From an uncultured Nitrososphaerales archaeon (GTDB taxonomy: Archaea > Thermoproteota > Nitrososphaeria > Nitrososphaerales > Nitrososphaeraceae): a stretch of 64,000 bases of DNA. The stretch covers positions 128,001-192,000 of the forward strand of contig CAVPXM010000063.1 of NCBI GenBank assembly GCA_963709405.1. Direction: 5' to 3'. This document shows, piece by piece, positions 20,048-30,657 of the stretch. The position numbers and the translations under genes were made by a program. The notes under the pieces were generated by a model that searched no databases, had not been told where the DNA came from, and saw nothing but the letters and a program-made list of their open reading frames with translations. The stretch's first letter is position 1. Every line of letters begins with the position of its first letter.

Positions 20048-20596
20048 ATGGTAAAAACAGAGTCTACGCAGACGTTAAAGACAGGTTCCAAAGCGCCACC
20101 ATTTGCACTTAAAGGTACGGATGGTGAAATATATTCGCTAGACCGATTTGACACAAGTAAGATTCTATTAGTAGTGTTTATTTGTAATCACTGCCCGTAC
20201 GTTAAAGCTAGAATAGGTGATATAGTAAAATTGCAATCAAAGTTTAAGAAGACAGATCTGCAGGTTGTGGGTATTAATAGTAACGATCCAGAATATGACG
20301 AAGAAGGTTTTGAAAATATGAAAACATTCTTTGAAAAATATCAGCTGAATTTTCCATACCTTATAGATGAAAGTCAGGATGTAGCAAGAAAATATGGTGC
20401 AGTATGTACTCCGGATCCTTATCTATTTGATCCAAATAGACAATTGGTTTACCATGGCAGACTAAACGATGCTGTTGAGCCAAATAGCATTGTTAGAACT
20501 CCCATAATGGAAAATAACATAAAGACGTTACTTGAGGGTGGTAAAATTGAGAATGGGTTCGATCCTTCAATCGGTTGCTCCATTAAGTGGAGATAA
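20048..20596 (+). CDS. Thioredoxin-like AhpC/TSA family protein
   Basis: FICNHCPYV, INSND, FPYL.DE.Q, YGAVCTPD, SIGCSIKW. Confidence 0.92.
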   Translation: MVKTESTQTLKTGSKAPPFALKGTDGEIYSLDRFDTSKILLVVFICNHCPYVKARIGDIVKLQSKFKKTDLQVVGINSNDPEYDEEGFENMKTFFEKYQLNFPYLIDESQDVARKYGAVCTPDPYLFDPNRQLVYHGRLNDAVEPNSIVRTPIMENNIKTLLEGGKIENGFDPSIGCSIKWR

Positions 20597-20622
20597 AGCA
20601 TGAAAGAGTGCTAGACTAGACT

Positions 20623-22494
20623 CTAGCCATATTGATAAGATATACCTTTTTCTCCTCTCGGGTGCCTCCATTGAGTTTCTAGAGCACATGTACCACATTC
20701 AATACAGCCCTCATGTTGAAGCACAACCTGGTTATCTTCTATGCTGTAACATTTCGTGGGGCAAAGCAAGACCATCTTCTTCATGAATTCGCTGGTCGGT
20801 TTATTTACTATAATATGAGACACTGTGTCGTCGTCATATTTTAATTTTGCAACTCGTTCTGCGATCGACGGGATGGAGGGTTGATAATCTGACGTCACTC
20901 GTTTACCCAATTTTTCAGCAAGCTCGATGGGTACTTGACTGTATGTTTCTTCCGATTCCAAAATTGGAAGAAGACGGTCATATCCTAATATATTTGCAAA
21001 TCCTACGGCAAGTCCCCTAAACGTTTCACTTGACATTAGCTTAAATATCATACTGTACCGTGAACCTATAATATCCTTAGGGATATCTTTTGCAGCCGTT
21101 AGAAATATCTTAAGGTAGTCTTTATCAATTTGCTTCATGTCCTTTGTATAAGGACTCTCGTCAACAGAATGAGCATAGAATCCTCCCAAATATTCGTACT
21201 CAAAATTATTTCTATCAAGTGACCTTGAAACGGCGTTGGCGGCCCTCACCGCATCATCGATACCTACATTGATTCCTTCAATGCGCGGACCTATAAAAAT
21301 CCCCCTGCCTGCAGAGTCTCCAACGAACAGCACGTTTTTGTAGCTTGGTTTTTTCATTCTGCATCTTTTTCCATCAGGAACAAGCTTGGCACTATATTCC
21401 AATTCAACATAGTCTGTGATAAATTTAGTACGATATTTCGAACCAAGCTCTTTGCGGATTAGATCCAGCCTATTTACGATCTCTTCTCGTGTTTTGTATT
21501 TTCCGCTCTTTATGAGGCCTTCCGAGCCTGAGGTGGAGTAATACGACAGGCGCAAGTCTTGCCAAGTTTTTATTAACTTGCTTACTGCGAATCTGATTCT
21601 AAGTTGCTCTTCTTTCGGTAGAGCCTTGTCAATTTCTTCCTTCTGTGGTACCTCATCCTTTATGAATTCTCTGACCAGTGGGTTTAGGATTAATTTATTA
21701 ATGAGTTCATATGGCTCAACAACCTTTTCAAGGAGGGAATCATAGTGATAGACGCCACCCAGAGATATAGTATCTCGGTTAGTGTAGAGGAAGCCTCCGC
21801 CAATATGTCTTTGGGCTATGTCACCAGAGAAAAGATGCGCGGCGCCGTCATCTCCTGAAATGTCAAACCTTTGCTCCATAAGCTGTTCTGGCAATTTGAT
21901 CAAGACTTTAGCACCTTGGTACAATTCTTGAGGTACAAATTTTGGCCGAGCTCCGGTAAGCTCTGCAATTTCGGAGTTGACGCCGTCTGCAGCGATTATT
22001 GCCCTGACCTGGAATCTCTCTAGTTCATTGGTTTCTACTATCGTAATTCCGTCTTTCCACTCTATCGACTGAACATGAACGCCAGGAATAATCCCTCCGC
22101 CACACTTTTCTGCACTCTCTCCTGCTTGCTTTGCAAACCACGAATTCAGTTTGTTCATAAGTACTGAATAAGCAAAGTTGGTCTGGTAACTGTGTGCAGA
22201 ACTTAGGTCTATTGAAAATACTTTCTCATTTGATGTAGCATGAAGTATGTACTTTGTAATCAATCTCTCTAAGGGAGCCTCTGTAACAAACTCTTGACCA
22301 TAGACGTCCTCCACATTGTAAGTTTTGCCGTGTTTTGGTTTTTTTGAATAAAGAATGCCTCCGGAAATGCTCTTTGAACCAATAGTCTTCCCACTTTCTA
22401 AAAGAACCGCCTGCTTTCCAAGATTTGATAGCTGTTTCAGTGGAGCTAACCCAGCCGATCCTCCTCCAACAATCGCTACGTCGAACTTCTCCAT
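20623..22494 (-). CDS. fixC: FixC-type ETF:quinone oxidoreductase fused to a FixX-like ferredoxin
   Basis: VGGGSAG, GSKSISGG.LY, IAADGVNS, GGGFLYTN, VGDSAG; C-terminal CPTKCY...CIECGTC, W.HPRG.KGISYQYG. Confidence 0.88.
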   Translation of the reverse strand: MEKFDVAIVGGGSAGLAPLKQLSNLGKQAVLLESGKTIGSKSISGGILYSKKPKHGKTYNVEDVYGQEFVTEAPLERLITKYILHATSNEKVFSIDLSSAHSYQTNFAYSVLMNKLNSWFAKQAGESAEKCGGGIIPGVHVQSIEWKDGITIVETNELERFQVRAIIAADGVNSEIAELTGARPKFVPQELYQGAKVLIKLPEQLMEQRFDISGDDGAAHLFSGDIAQRHIGGGFLYTNRDTISLGGVYHYDSLLEKVVEPYELINKLILNPLVREFIKDEVPQKEEIDKALPKEEQLRIRFAVSKLIKTWQDLRLSYYSTSGSEGLIKSGKYKTREEIVNRLDLIRKELGSKYRTKFITDYVELEYSAKLVPDGKRCRMKKPSYKNVLFVGDSAGRGIFIGPRIEGINVGIDDAVRAANAVSRSLDRNNFEYEYLGGFYAHSVDESPYTKDMKQIDKDYLKIFLTAAKDIPKDIIGSRYSMIFKLMSSETFRGLAVGFANILGYDRLLPILESEETYSQVPIELAEKLGKRVTSDYQPSIPSIAERVAKLKYDDDTVSHIIVNKPTSEFMKKMVLLCPTKCYSIEDNQVVLQHEGCIECGTCALETQWRHPRGEKGISYQYG

Positions 22495-22498
22495 TTGG

Positions 22499-23731
22499 TT
22501 AGCTTCTCACTTCCACTGGTGCTTTCAAATTTCTGAGTTCATCGATTAACTCAGGTAATACGTCCTCCATTCGCCCTTTGATGAATATATCACACTCATC
22601 TCTAATCGGAGAGTCGGTATTAGGGTTAATTGCGATAACAAATTCTGATTCTTTCATACCAGCTATATGTTGCATTGCTCCACTTATTCCCACTGCAATA
22701 TACAACGTCGGTGCAACCTTGCGGCCACTCGTTCCGATCACTCGTTCAGATGTTATATAGCTTGACAGCTTGGAGTTTGAAAGGATGTATGGCTTTTTTG
22801 AGATTGGTAAGGATATGCCTACTTCTGCACCTAATTCCCTTTTTAGACTATCTATCAATGCTATATTTTCTTCCGGAGATTCGTTGATCCCGCGACCAAA
22901 GCTCACAATTGCCTTGTGACTATCATAGTCGATCGGACTTTTCATTACTTTTCTACTTATAATCTTGACACCTAAATCATCCACACTTAGCATCGCTTTG
23001 AAATCCACGATAACGCCTTTTCTATTAATATCTGGCTCCATTGGCTGAAAAACGCCGGGGATAATGCTACAAGCTTGAGGATGATATTCCCTCTTGTTGT
23101 TAGGATGCCTATTATCAAGACACAATATTGTAGTCCACAGAAATCCTGAGAAATCTGGTCTGTACATTTCTAACGTCTTGTTATATTTTTCAGGTTGACC
23201 CTTAGTTTTGTGCTCATGTTTTAATTCAATATCATCAATTACAAGCTTGTTAATGTCTGAGGCTAACCCAGATTCCAATTCGGCCAGAACTGTAGCTGAT
23301 AGGTGCCTTCCGGTATCATCTGCAGAAAAAAACATGAATCGAGGTCGCTTAAATTCTTCGCCATATCTGGATGAAATTTTCTTACTACACTCCTTATCAT
23401 TCGCTATCTGGCTAATAACCCGAGTGTAAACCAGATTTCTATGATACATCAATTCTGGATCATCTGCGTATATCACAGCATCTGCACCATAACTAATTAA
23501 CGTGTCACATTGATTTCTCATGTTATTACCCAATAATACTGCAACAACCTTTTCTTCAGCAGCATATCTTACATTAAACTGATCCATTAATCGTCTTGCT
23601 TCACCTAACATTTCGAAATTCACGGGTAGAAGTTTGCCTTCCTCATGCTCCATCACGACATACAAATGTCTATAATTTTCCTTAGATACTTCCGGGGTAG
23701 AGGGCGAGATTGACTGCATATTGTTACTCAT
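22499..23731 (-). CDS. etfA: Electron transfer flavoprotein alpha subunit
   Basis: GADAV, VIGTSGRKVAP.LYIAVGISGAMQHIAGM, IAINP. Confidence 0.93.
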   Translation of the reverse strand: MSNNMQSISPSTPEVSKENYRHLYVVMEHEEGKLLPVNFEMLGEARRLMDQFNVRYAAEEKVVAVLLGNNMRNQCDTLISYGADAVIYADDPELMYHRNLVYTRVISQIANDKECSKKISSRYGEEFKRPRFMFFSADDTGRHLSATVLAELESGLASDINKLVIDDIELKHEHKTKGQPEKYNKTLEMYRPDFSGFLWTTILCLDNRHPNNKREYHPQACSIIPGVFQPMEPDINRKGVIVDFKAMLSVDDLGVKIISRKVMKSPIDYDSHKAIVSFGRGINESPEENIALIDSLKRELGAEVGISLPISKKPYILSNSKLSSYITSERVIGTSGRKVAPTLYIAVGISGAMQHIAGMKESEFVIAINPNTDSPIRDECDIFIKGRMEDVLPELIDELRNLKAPVEVRS

Positions 23732-24615
23732 ATTTCTCTCACCTTTATCATGTCTGTGATTTTCTTTGCAACAGTACGCAGTTGGTCTTGATTTGAACCA
23801 TCTACAATTTCTGCCATCCTGCTCGTCTTGGCCCTAGGTATTTTTTCAACTCTGTAGACTATTGTGGGTGATCCAGGTAAGCCGACTAGCTTTGGATCTA
23901 CCCCTAACGTTTGGGCCGTGAAGGTCTTTAGGTAGTCCTTATAAAGAGCCCCACGATCTCTAGCCTCTTTTTGACATTTAAAAAAGGACAATCTCTGTGA
24001 TACTGTGGTAAATGTAGGTTTGTAGGAGGGATGAACTGTAATGAAAATTGGCAAACAAGTCTCGATCTCCTCAATTACATCATATAGTCCTTGTATAGGG
24101 ACCACTCGTGTTATCCTTGCAAGACGATTTTCAACATCCACACTAAAATTTATTACGTTTCCAAAGAACGGATAACCCAATTTCCAGGCTGTCTGTGGGC
24201 CAGTCTGACCTGTCTCACCATCTGATGCGCGGTGACCTGAAAATACGATATCAGATTTTTCGCCATTATGCATCTTACCTATGCCAGCGCGAAGCACTTC
24301 CGCTGTCGCTAGCGTATCGGCGCCAGCAAAAATTCTATCACTATATAAATGAAGCTCGTCAGCATCACATATTAATTGGGATTGCTGAAGGGCTTGTTCG
24401 GCGATTGGCGGACCCATGGTCCCAACTGAAACCTCGGCACCGTACATTACCTTTGTGCTTAAGGCACCCATTGACGCAACTGCACTATGCGGACCAAGGA
24501 TGCTCTTTGTTTCAGCCCTATTAAGGGTACCGTCTGAATTATAACTTACATTTCCCTCCGAAAAATCTGGCTCAAGCTTTATTATCACTGATATTTTTAG
24601 TCGAGAGGACTCCAA
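23728..24615 (-). CDS. etfB: Electron transfer flavoprotein beta subunit
   Basis: TMGPP, SDRIFAGADTLATA, GHRASDGETGQTGP, GLPGSPT; ATGA overlap with etfA. Confidence 0.93.
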   Translation of the reverse strand: MESSRLKISVIIKLEPDFSEGNVSYNSDGTLNRAETKSILGPHSAVASMGALSTKVMYGAEVSVGTMGPPIAEQALQQSQLICDADELHLYSDRIFAGADTLATAEVLRAGIGKMHNGEKSDIVFSGHRASDGETGQTGPQTAWKLGYPFFGNVINFSVDVENRLARITRVVPIQGLYDVIEEIETCLPIFITVHPSYKPTFTTVSQRLSFFKCQKEARDRGALYKDYLKTFTAQTLGVDPKLVGLPGSPTIVYRVEKIPRAKTSRMAEIVDGSNQDQLRTVAKKITDMIKVREI

Positions 24616-24809
24616 TTTACAATGATATGTCTAATTAATGCCTTTTAAATTGGTTATGAAACAAATTCTCTGGCAAAAATTTAACTGACTAAATAATAGA
24701 ACATTTTATTATAATATGCCATTCTAGAGTCACATTATCGTGCTTACTATGAAAAAGTGCTTTTATTCAACTACTCTCAAATCGAGTCACCAAGATTTGG
24801 ATAACCCTA

Positions 24810-25550
24810 TTATGCGGTATCTGAAATGCCTTCAGTTTGAGGCATAGTTAGAGTGTATTCGTAATAGGTTGACCTTAAATGTTCGTAGCAAGACCGCAAT
24901 TTTTTATAAATATCAGGAGTTTTTGGCTTTAATATTGTAAATGCCAAATAAAAATCCTCTGCCTCTCTTAGGTACCTCTTTATCTTATCATATACTATCT
25001 TCTTATTTTGTTTTGCAATGTTCAGTATAAATCTCATATTATTAAGCCTATCAGCCAATTTAATTACCTTGATATCATAATCAGCAGTCACAAGAAAATC
25101 ACAGTACTCATGAAATCTAAATAATTGTCGCTCTTCTTCGTTTTTTCCATCATACCCATCAAGATCCTTTAACTTCAAATTCATAGCAATATAATATACC
25201 CTACTTCCAAATCTGTATTTCAGATAAGCTTCAAATCCATAATCCTTAGTCTTGTACAGGTCTAGAATTCTATCATTGTCCTCGGATATGTCATGTAGAA
25301 TAGCCGAGGCAATCTCCACACTTGTAATTGTACGATTTAATGACTTGTAATGCCTCATAACATCTATTGCGACCGGCCAAGTATGCGTTTCCAAAAATGA
25401 AGATGAACCGTCTTCTCTGAGACTATCTGCGTGGACATCTTCAGCCAGTTCGATTGCTCCTTTTATGAAATCATCGACTCTCATCTTACCTTCGCCTTCC
25501 AACACAGAAACGAAGTCCGTACTAGTCATTGAGGAGACTAAATGTTTCAT
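24810..25550 (-). CDS. Stand-alone HD-domain hydrolase, SpoT/Mesh1 (HD_4)-like
   Basis: A..VH...REDG..F..H..VA, AILHDISED, FG..V, IKLADRLNNM. Confidence 0.8.
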   Translation of the reverse strand: MKHLVSSMTSTDFVSVLEGEGKMRVDDFIKGAIELAEDVHADSLREDGSSSFLETHTWPVAIDVMRHYKSLNRTITSVEIASAILHDISEDNDRILDLYKTKDYGFEAYLKYRFGSRVYYIAMNLKLKDLDGYDGKNEEERQLFRFHEYCDFLVTADYDIKVIKLADRLNNMRFILNIAKQNKKIVYDKIKRYLREAEDFYLAFTILKPKTPDIYKKLRSCYEHLRSTYYEYTLTMPQTEGISDTA

Positions 25551-25805
25551 AATTAATAGAGGGAGTGGTTAAACAAAAGGATTCCTCTTGCCATCAGGTC
25601 GATTACGTTCCAGCAATATATTATAGAATCGTTTGTTTTTCATTTATCAACTCAAGATAGAGGCAATCTTTTTAGTGCAATGGTCAAGTTCATCCGTCTT
25701 ATTTGCAATGCATAAATTCTGTTATTTACGAAATGAATCTATCATTTAGGTAATTCATATATATCGACCAAGATATAGCAATATATTCTCGCTGTGTTAT
25801 AGAGC

Positions 25806-27792
25806 TTGCTGCGGTTGAGAGAACAGAAGTTCACGCTATCTGAGAATGCCTATCCCCCAAGTGGTGACCAGCCAATTGCAATCGATACCCTAGCAAAGGG
25901 TGTGTTAGAAAGACGTGGCTGTCAGACTTTGCTTGGCGTTACAGGTAGCGGTAAGACATACACTATCGCCAATGTGATTGCTCGTACAAACCAAAATGCA
26001 CTTGTTATCTCCCACAACAAGACCTTGGCTGCTCAATTATATACTGAATTTAAGGAATTTTTTCCGCACGACAATGTTGGATACTTTGTCAGCTTTTATG
26101 ATTACTATCAACCTGAAAGCTATATACCGCAAAGTGATACATATATTGAAAAAGAGACCGAAATAAATGAAAGGATAGAAAAAATGAGGCTAGAAGCTAC
26201 CGCGATGCTAATGTCTGGCGAACCAACTATTATCGTTTCCACTGTCTCTTGCATATATTCTCTTGGTTCTCCAACCGAATGGGAGGAGTCTGCACTTCAA
26301 TTAAAAGTTGGGACGAATATCACACGGACGAAAATCGTTCATCGGCTTATAAATGCACGCTATGAAAGAAATGATATCTCTCCGCTGCAAGGGAGCTTCA
26401 GGGTTCGCGGAGATACCATCGATATATACCCGGGATACTCTAAAGATATGATCCGGGTTTCTCTACTTGACGACGAGATAGAAAGGATTTCAATTTACGA
26501 TCCCACGACAGTAAAGCGAATTAAAGAATTAGGTTCCATCAAGATATTCCCAGCAAAGCATTATATAATAGATGATCATTCTCGCATGGCCGCTATACAA
26601 TCTATAAAGTGTGAACTCGAAAGTTGGATTCCGGAATTACCTTCCGAACTGGAAAAACAGAGGTTAAGATCGCGAGTCGGGTATGATCTCGAAATGATAC
26701 AGGAATTAGGATATTGTTCCGGGATAGAGAATTACTCTCGTCATTTAGACGGTAGATTGCCCGGCGTTCCCCCTTTTTGTTTACTTGATTTTTTTGGCGA
26801 AGAGTTCCTGCTCGTGGTGGATGAGTCACACGTAACTATCCCACAGCTACATGGAATGTATAATGGAGATTATACACGCAAGAAGAACTTGGTAGATTAT
26901 GGCTTTAGGCTCGCCCAGTGCTTTTGACAATAGGCCTCTAAAGTATCAGGAATTCGAGAACTATCTGAAAAATGTCATATTTGTATCGGCAACGCCAGGA
27001 GACTACGAGATAGCAAAGAGTTACCAGGTTATAGAACAGGTAGTACGTCCAACAGGGCTGGTTGATCCTCAAATTATTCTCAAACCAGCTGTTAATCAAA
27101 TAGACGATCTTATTACAGAAATAAGAGCAAGAATGCAGAAAAGTCAGCGAATCCTTGTAACAACTCTAACTAAGAGAATGGCTGAAGATTTAGCAGACTA
27201 TCTATCCAAAAATGGCTTAAGAGTAAGATATCTTCATTCTGAGATACAAAATTTAGAGAGAACTGAATTGATAAGGCAGTTGCGCTTGGGTAAGTTTGAT
27301 GTACTGGTAGGAATTAACTTATTGAGGGAGGGACTCGATATCCCAGAAGTGTCCTTGGTTGCGATTATGGATGCAGACAAAGAGGGATTCCTTCGTAACT
27401 CTACGAGTCTGATTCAAACATTCGGACGAGCCGCAAGAAATATTGATGGTACTGTAATTATGTATGCAAATCACGTTACCAAATCAATGGAATCGGCTGT
27501 TGCTGAATCGAATAGGAGGCGAAATAAACAGATCGAATATAATATAGCAAATAAAATTAACCCTAAATCTGTTATAAAGCCTGTTGCTGAAAACGGTAAC
27601 GAAGATATTGATTTTGTGGTTAGCCTACGTTCGATGTCTAGAACTGACCTGGTAAAACTTGCATTAGAGACTGAAAGCGTTATGAGAAAATTTGCTGAGG
27701 ATTTGGATTTTGAAATGGCTATAGAGACGAGAGAGAAATTATCAAAGATTAGAAATGCTCTGGGACAGTACTCGATGGCTGAGGTTGTGTAG
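25806..27792 (+). CDS. uvrB: Excinuclease ABC subunit B (1-bp frameshift near 26912)
   Basis: GVTGSGKT, YYQPE, DESH; the conserved GFRLPSA.DNRPL is split across the two ORFs. Confidence 0.95.
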
Positions 27793-27795
27793 TAT

Positions 27796-30657
27796 TTGCA
27801 CGACAAGATTATCATCAAAGGAGCAAGACAACATAATTTGAAAAATGTCAATGTAGAGATCCCCAAAAACAGATTCGTTGTAATATCAGGCTTGTCCGGA
27901 TCTGGGAAATCTACACTTGCTTTTGATACTATATATGCAGAGGGCCAGAGAAGATACGTGGAGTCACTTTCAGCCTACGCCAGACAATTTCTAGAGATAA
28001 TGGAGAAGCCTGACGTAGACCATATTGACGGATTGTCTCCAGCGATTTCAATTCAGCAGAGAAGCAGTAGCAAGAATCCTAGATCAACCGTAGGAACTGC
28101 CACGGAAATATATGATTACCTCAGGCTCCTTTACTCAAGAATTGGCGTTCCGTACTGCCCCAATTGTGGAAGAAGAATTGGAAGCCAATCCACAGAGGCA
28201 ATAGTAGATTCGATCATTGAGTCCTGCGAAGGGAAAAAAATCTACATATTAGGACCAATTGTTCAAGAGAAGAAGGGAACATACGAGAAGCTCTTTCAGG
28301 AACTAAAAATAGATGGATTTTCCAGGGTTAGGTTAGACGGGCAAGTGATAAACCTTGATGAGGAAGAAAGAGCAATTTATCCTCGTTTGGATAAGCAAAA
28401 AAAACATTCAATTTCTGTGGTTATCGATAGAATTACACCATCGTTAGAAGAGAAAAGTAGAGTGTTTGAATCTGTCCAAACCGGCCTAAAAATAGGAAAG
28501 GGATTAGTGATCGCTTCCGATGAGAATAAAGACTTTCTCTACTCTCAACGAAATGCATGTCCAGAATGTGGAATTAACATTGGCGATTTGGAACCTCGAA
28601 CATTTTCCTTCAATTCGCCTTTTGGAGCATGCCCTGAGTGCAACGGGTTGGGTATAAGGATTGAATTTGATCCAGATTTGGTTATCTCTGATAAGTCAAA
28701 GAGTATTCTAGAAGGTGCAATTAAACCTTGGTCGGGCCATTTTTTTACATTTAAATCTGCAATGCTTAAAGATGTTGGAAAACGATTTGGGTTTAACCTC
28801 AACACACCAATTTCACATATGACTGAAGGTCAGATTAGGATTATTCTCTATGGGACTCAGGAGAATATTCATTACAGATATCAATCAAAATATTCCGATA
28901 CCAAATGGGAATATAAAGGCTCGTTTGAAGGCGTAATTCCAAATCTCTATCGCTTGTACAAGCAGACAGATTCGGAATCAAAACGTGAGGAACTATTGCA
29001 ATTTATGCGCGAATTGCCGTGTGAAGCCTGCAAGGGTACGCGGCTTAGAAAAGAGGCTCGAGCCGTAAGAATTCAGAACAAATCCATCATGCAGCTTTGT
29101 GATCTTTCTATTGAAGCTTGCCACAAATTCTTCAGATCGCTTGAATTATCCGAATCGGAAAACCACATAGCAAGAAATATTCTAAAGGAAATTATCTCGC
29201 GTCTAGAATTCCTTTTGAACGTAGGGCTTGATTACCTAAGTTTGAATAGAAAAACATCATCTCTTTCCGGAGGTGAATCCCAGAGGATACGGCTTGCAAC
29301 TCAGATAGGTTCGAATTTGACTGGCGTCTTGTATGTGCTTGATGAGCCTACTATAGGATTGCATCAACGAGATAATAAAAAATTGATTTACACCTTAAAG
29401 AAATTGCGAGACTTGGATAATACGCTACTAGTTGTAGAACACGACGAAGAAGTAATGAGAAGTGCTGATTGGATCTTGGATATAGGTCCAGGTGCAGGAA
29501 TACATGGCGGACGAATTGTGGCTGAAGGGACAATAGAGGACATTATGCAGAGCAAAGATTCAGTTACTGGCGCGTTCTTGAGAAAGGAACAACTAGTTTC
29601 TAGTTCGAGATCTTCAAGGAGAAAAGCTGAAAAATGGATAACTGTCAAAGGAGCGAGAGAAAATAACTTAAAATCTATAACTGTAGGCTTCCCTCTTGAA
29701 TGCATGACGGTTGTTACTGGCGTTTCCGGATCTGGAAAATCTAGTTTGGTTAACGAAGTACTGTTCAAATCCCTATCAAATCACTTTCGAGCTTCTACCG
29801 ATAACAAAATTCAACACGATGGGATAGATGGACTGGAGCTCATAGATCGGGTTATAGGAATAGATCAGTCACCGATTGGTCGTACTCCTAGATCAAACCC
29901 TTCAACATATGTTAATGCATTTACCCCAGTTAGGGAGGTGTTTTCAAGGACCCCTCAGGCCAGAGAAAGGGGGTATAAGCCTGGCAGATTTTCATTTAAT
30001 GTTTCTGATGGGAGATGCGAATCCTGTGAAGGTGCGGGGGTAAAAAGAATAGAAATGCAATTCTTGCCAGACGTGTATGTTACATGCGACATTTGTAGAG
30101 GAAAGCGATATAACTCAGAAACCTTGAATATTAAATACAAAAATAAAACAATCTCCGACGTACTAGACATGACTGTAGAGGAAGCACTCGCGTTCTTTAA
30201 TAACATTTACACAATAGAGAGGAAGTTACGTACGCTCAATGAAGTTGGATTAGGTTATTTGAAGTTAGGCCAGCCGGCTACTACCTTATCTGGAGGAGAA
30301 GCTCAGAGAATCAAGCTTGCCGCGGAGCTCTCCAAGCGAGGCACGGGAAAGACTGTATATATCCTTGACGAGCCCACTACAGGACTACATTTTGTAGATG
30401 TACAAAAGTTGTTACTTGTTCTAAATAGACTAGTAGAAAAGGGAAACGCCGTTATTATAATTGAACATAACTTGGATGTGATAGCAAGCGCAGATTGGAT
30501 CATAGACCTTGGACCTGAAGGTGGCGACAATGGAGGCAGAGTAGTAGCTACCGCAACCCCTGAGGGATTAGCTTCCAACGATGCAAGCATAACAGGATTT
30601 TACTTGAGGTCAAAACTCCTACTCGATAAGACCATTAAAGCAGGTGGAAATACATAA
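27796..30657 (+). CDS. uvrA: Excinuclease ABC subunit A
   Basis: GARQHNLKN, two GxSGSGKS Walker A motifs, LSGGE, zinc fingers. Confidence 0.98.
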   Translation: MHDKIIIKGARQHNLKNVNVEIPKNRFVVISGLSGSGKSTLAFDTIYAEGQRRYVESLSAYARQFLEIMEKPDVDHIDGLSPAISIQQRSSSKNPRSTVGTATEIYDYLRLLYSRIGVPYCPNCGRRIGSQSTEAIVDSIIESCEGKKIYILGPIVQEKKGTYEKLFQELKIDGFSRVRLDGQVINLDEEERAIYPRLDKQKKHSISVVIDRITPSLEEKSRVFESVQTGLKIGKGLVIASDENKDFLYSQRNACPECGINIGDLEPRTFSFNSPFGACPECNGLGIRIEFDPDLVISDKSKSILEGAIKPWSGHFFTFKSAMLKDVGKRFGFNLNTPISHMTEGQIRIILYGTQENIHYRYQSKYSDTKWEYKGSFEGVIPNLYRLYKQTDSESKREELLQFMRELPCEACKGTRLRKEARAVRIQNKSIMQLCDLSIEACHKFFRSLELSESENHIARNILKEIISRLEFLLNVGLDYLSLNRKTSSLSGGESQRIRLATQIGSNLTGVLYVLDEPTIGLHQRDNKKLIYTLKKLRDLDNTLLVVEHDEEVMRSADWILDIGPGAGIHGGRIVAEGTIEDIMQSKDSVTGAFLRKEQLVSSSRSSRRKAEKWITVKGARENNLKSITVGFPLECMTVVTGVSGSGKSSLVNEVLFKSLSNHFRASTDNKIQHDGIDGLELIDRVIGIDQSPIGRTPRSNPSTYVNAFTPVREVFSRTPQARERGYKPGRFSFNVSDGRCESCEGAGVKRIEMQFLPDVYVTCDICRGKRYNSETLNIKYKNKTISDVLDMTVEEALAFFNNIYTIERKLRTLNEVGLGYLKLGQPATTLSGGEAQRIKLAAELSKRGTGKTVYILDEPTTGLHFVDVQKLLLVLNRLVEKGNAVIIIEHNLDVIASADWIIDLGPEGGDNGGRVVATATPEGLASNDASITGFYLRSKLLLDKTIKAGGNT

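Noticed and set aside
26899-26927. Programmed frameshifting or true split genes in uvrB, cbiA, cbiC and argS
   Set aside because: No common slippery sequence or stimulatory structure seen; scattered single-base errors explain all cases more simply
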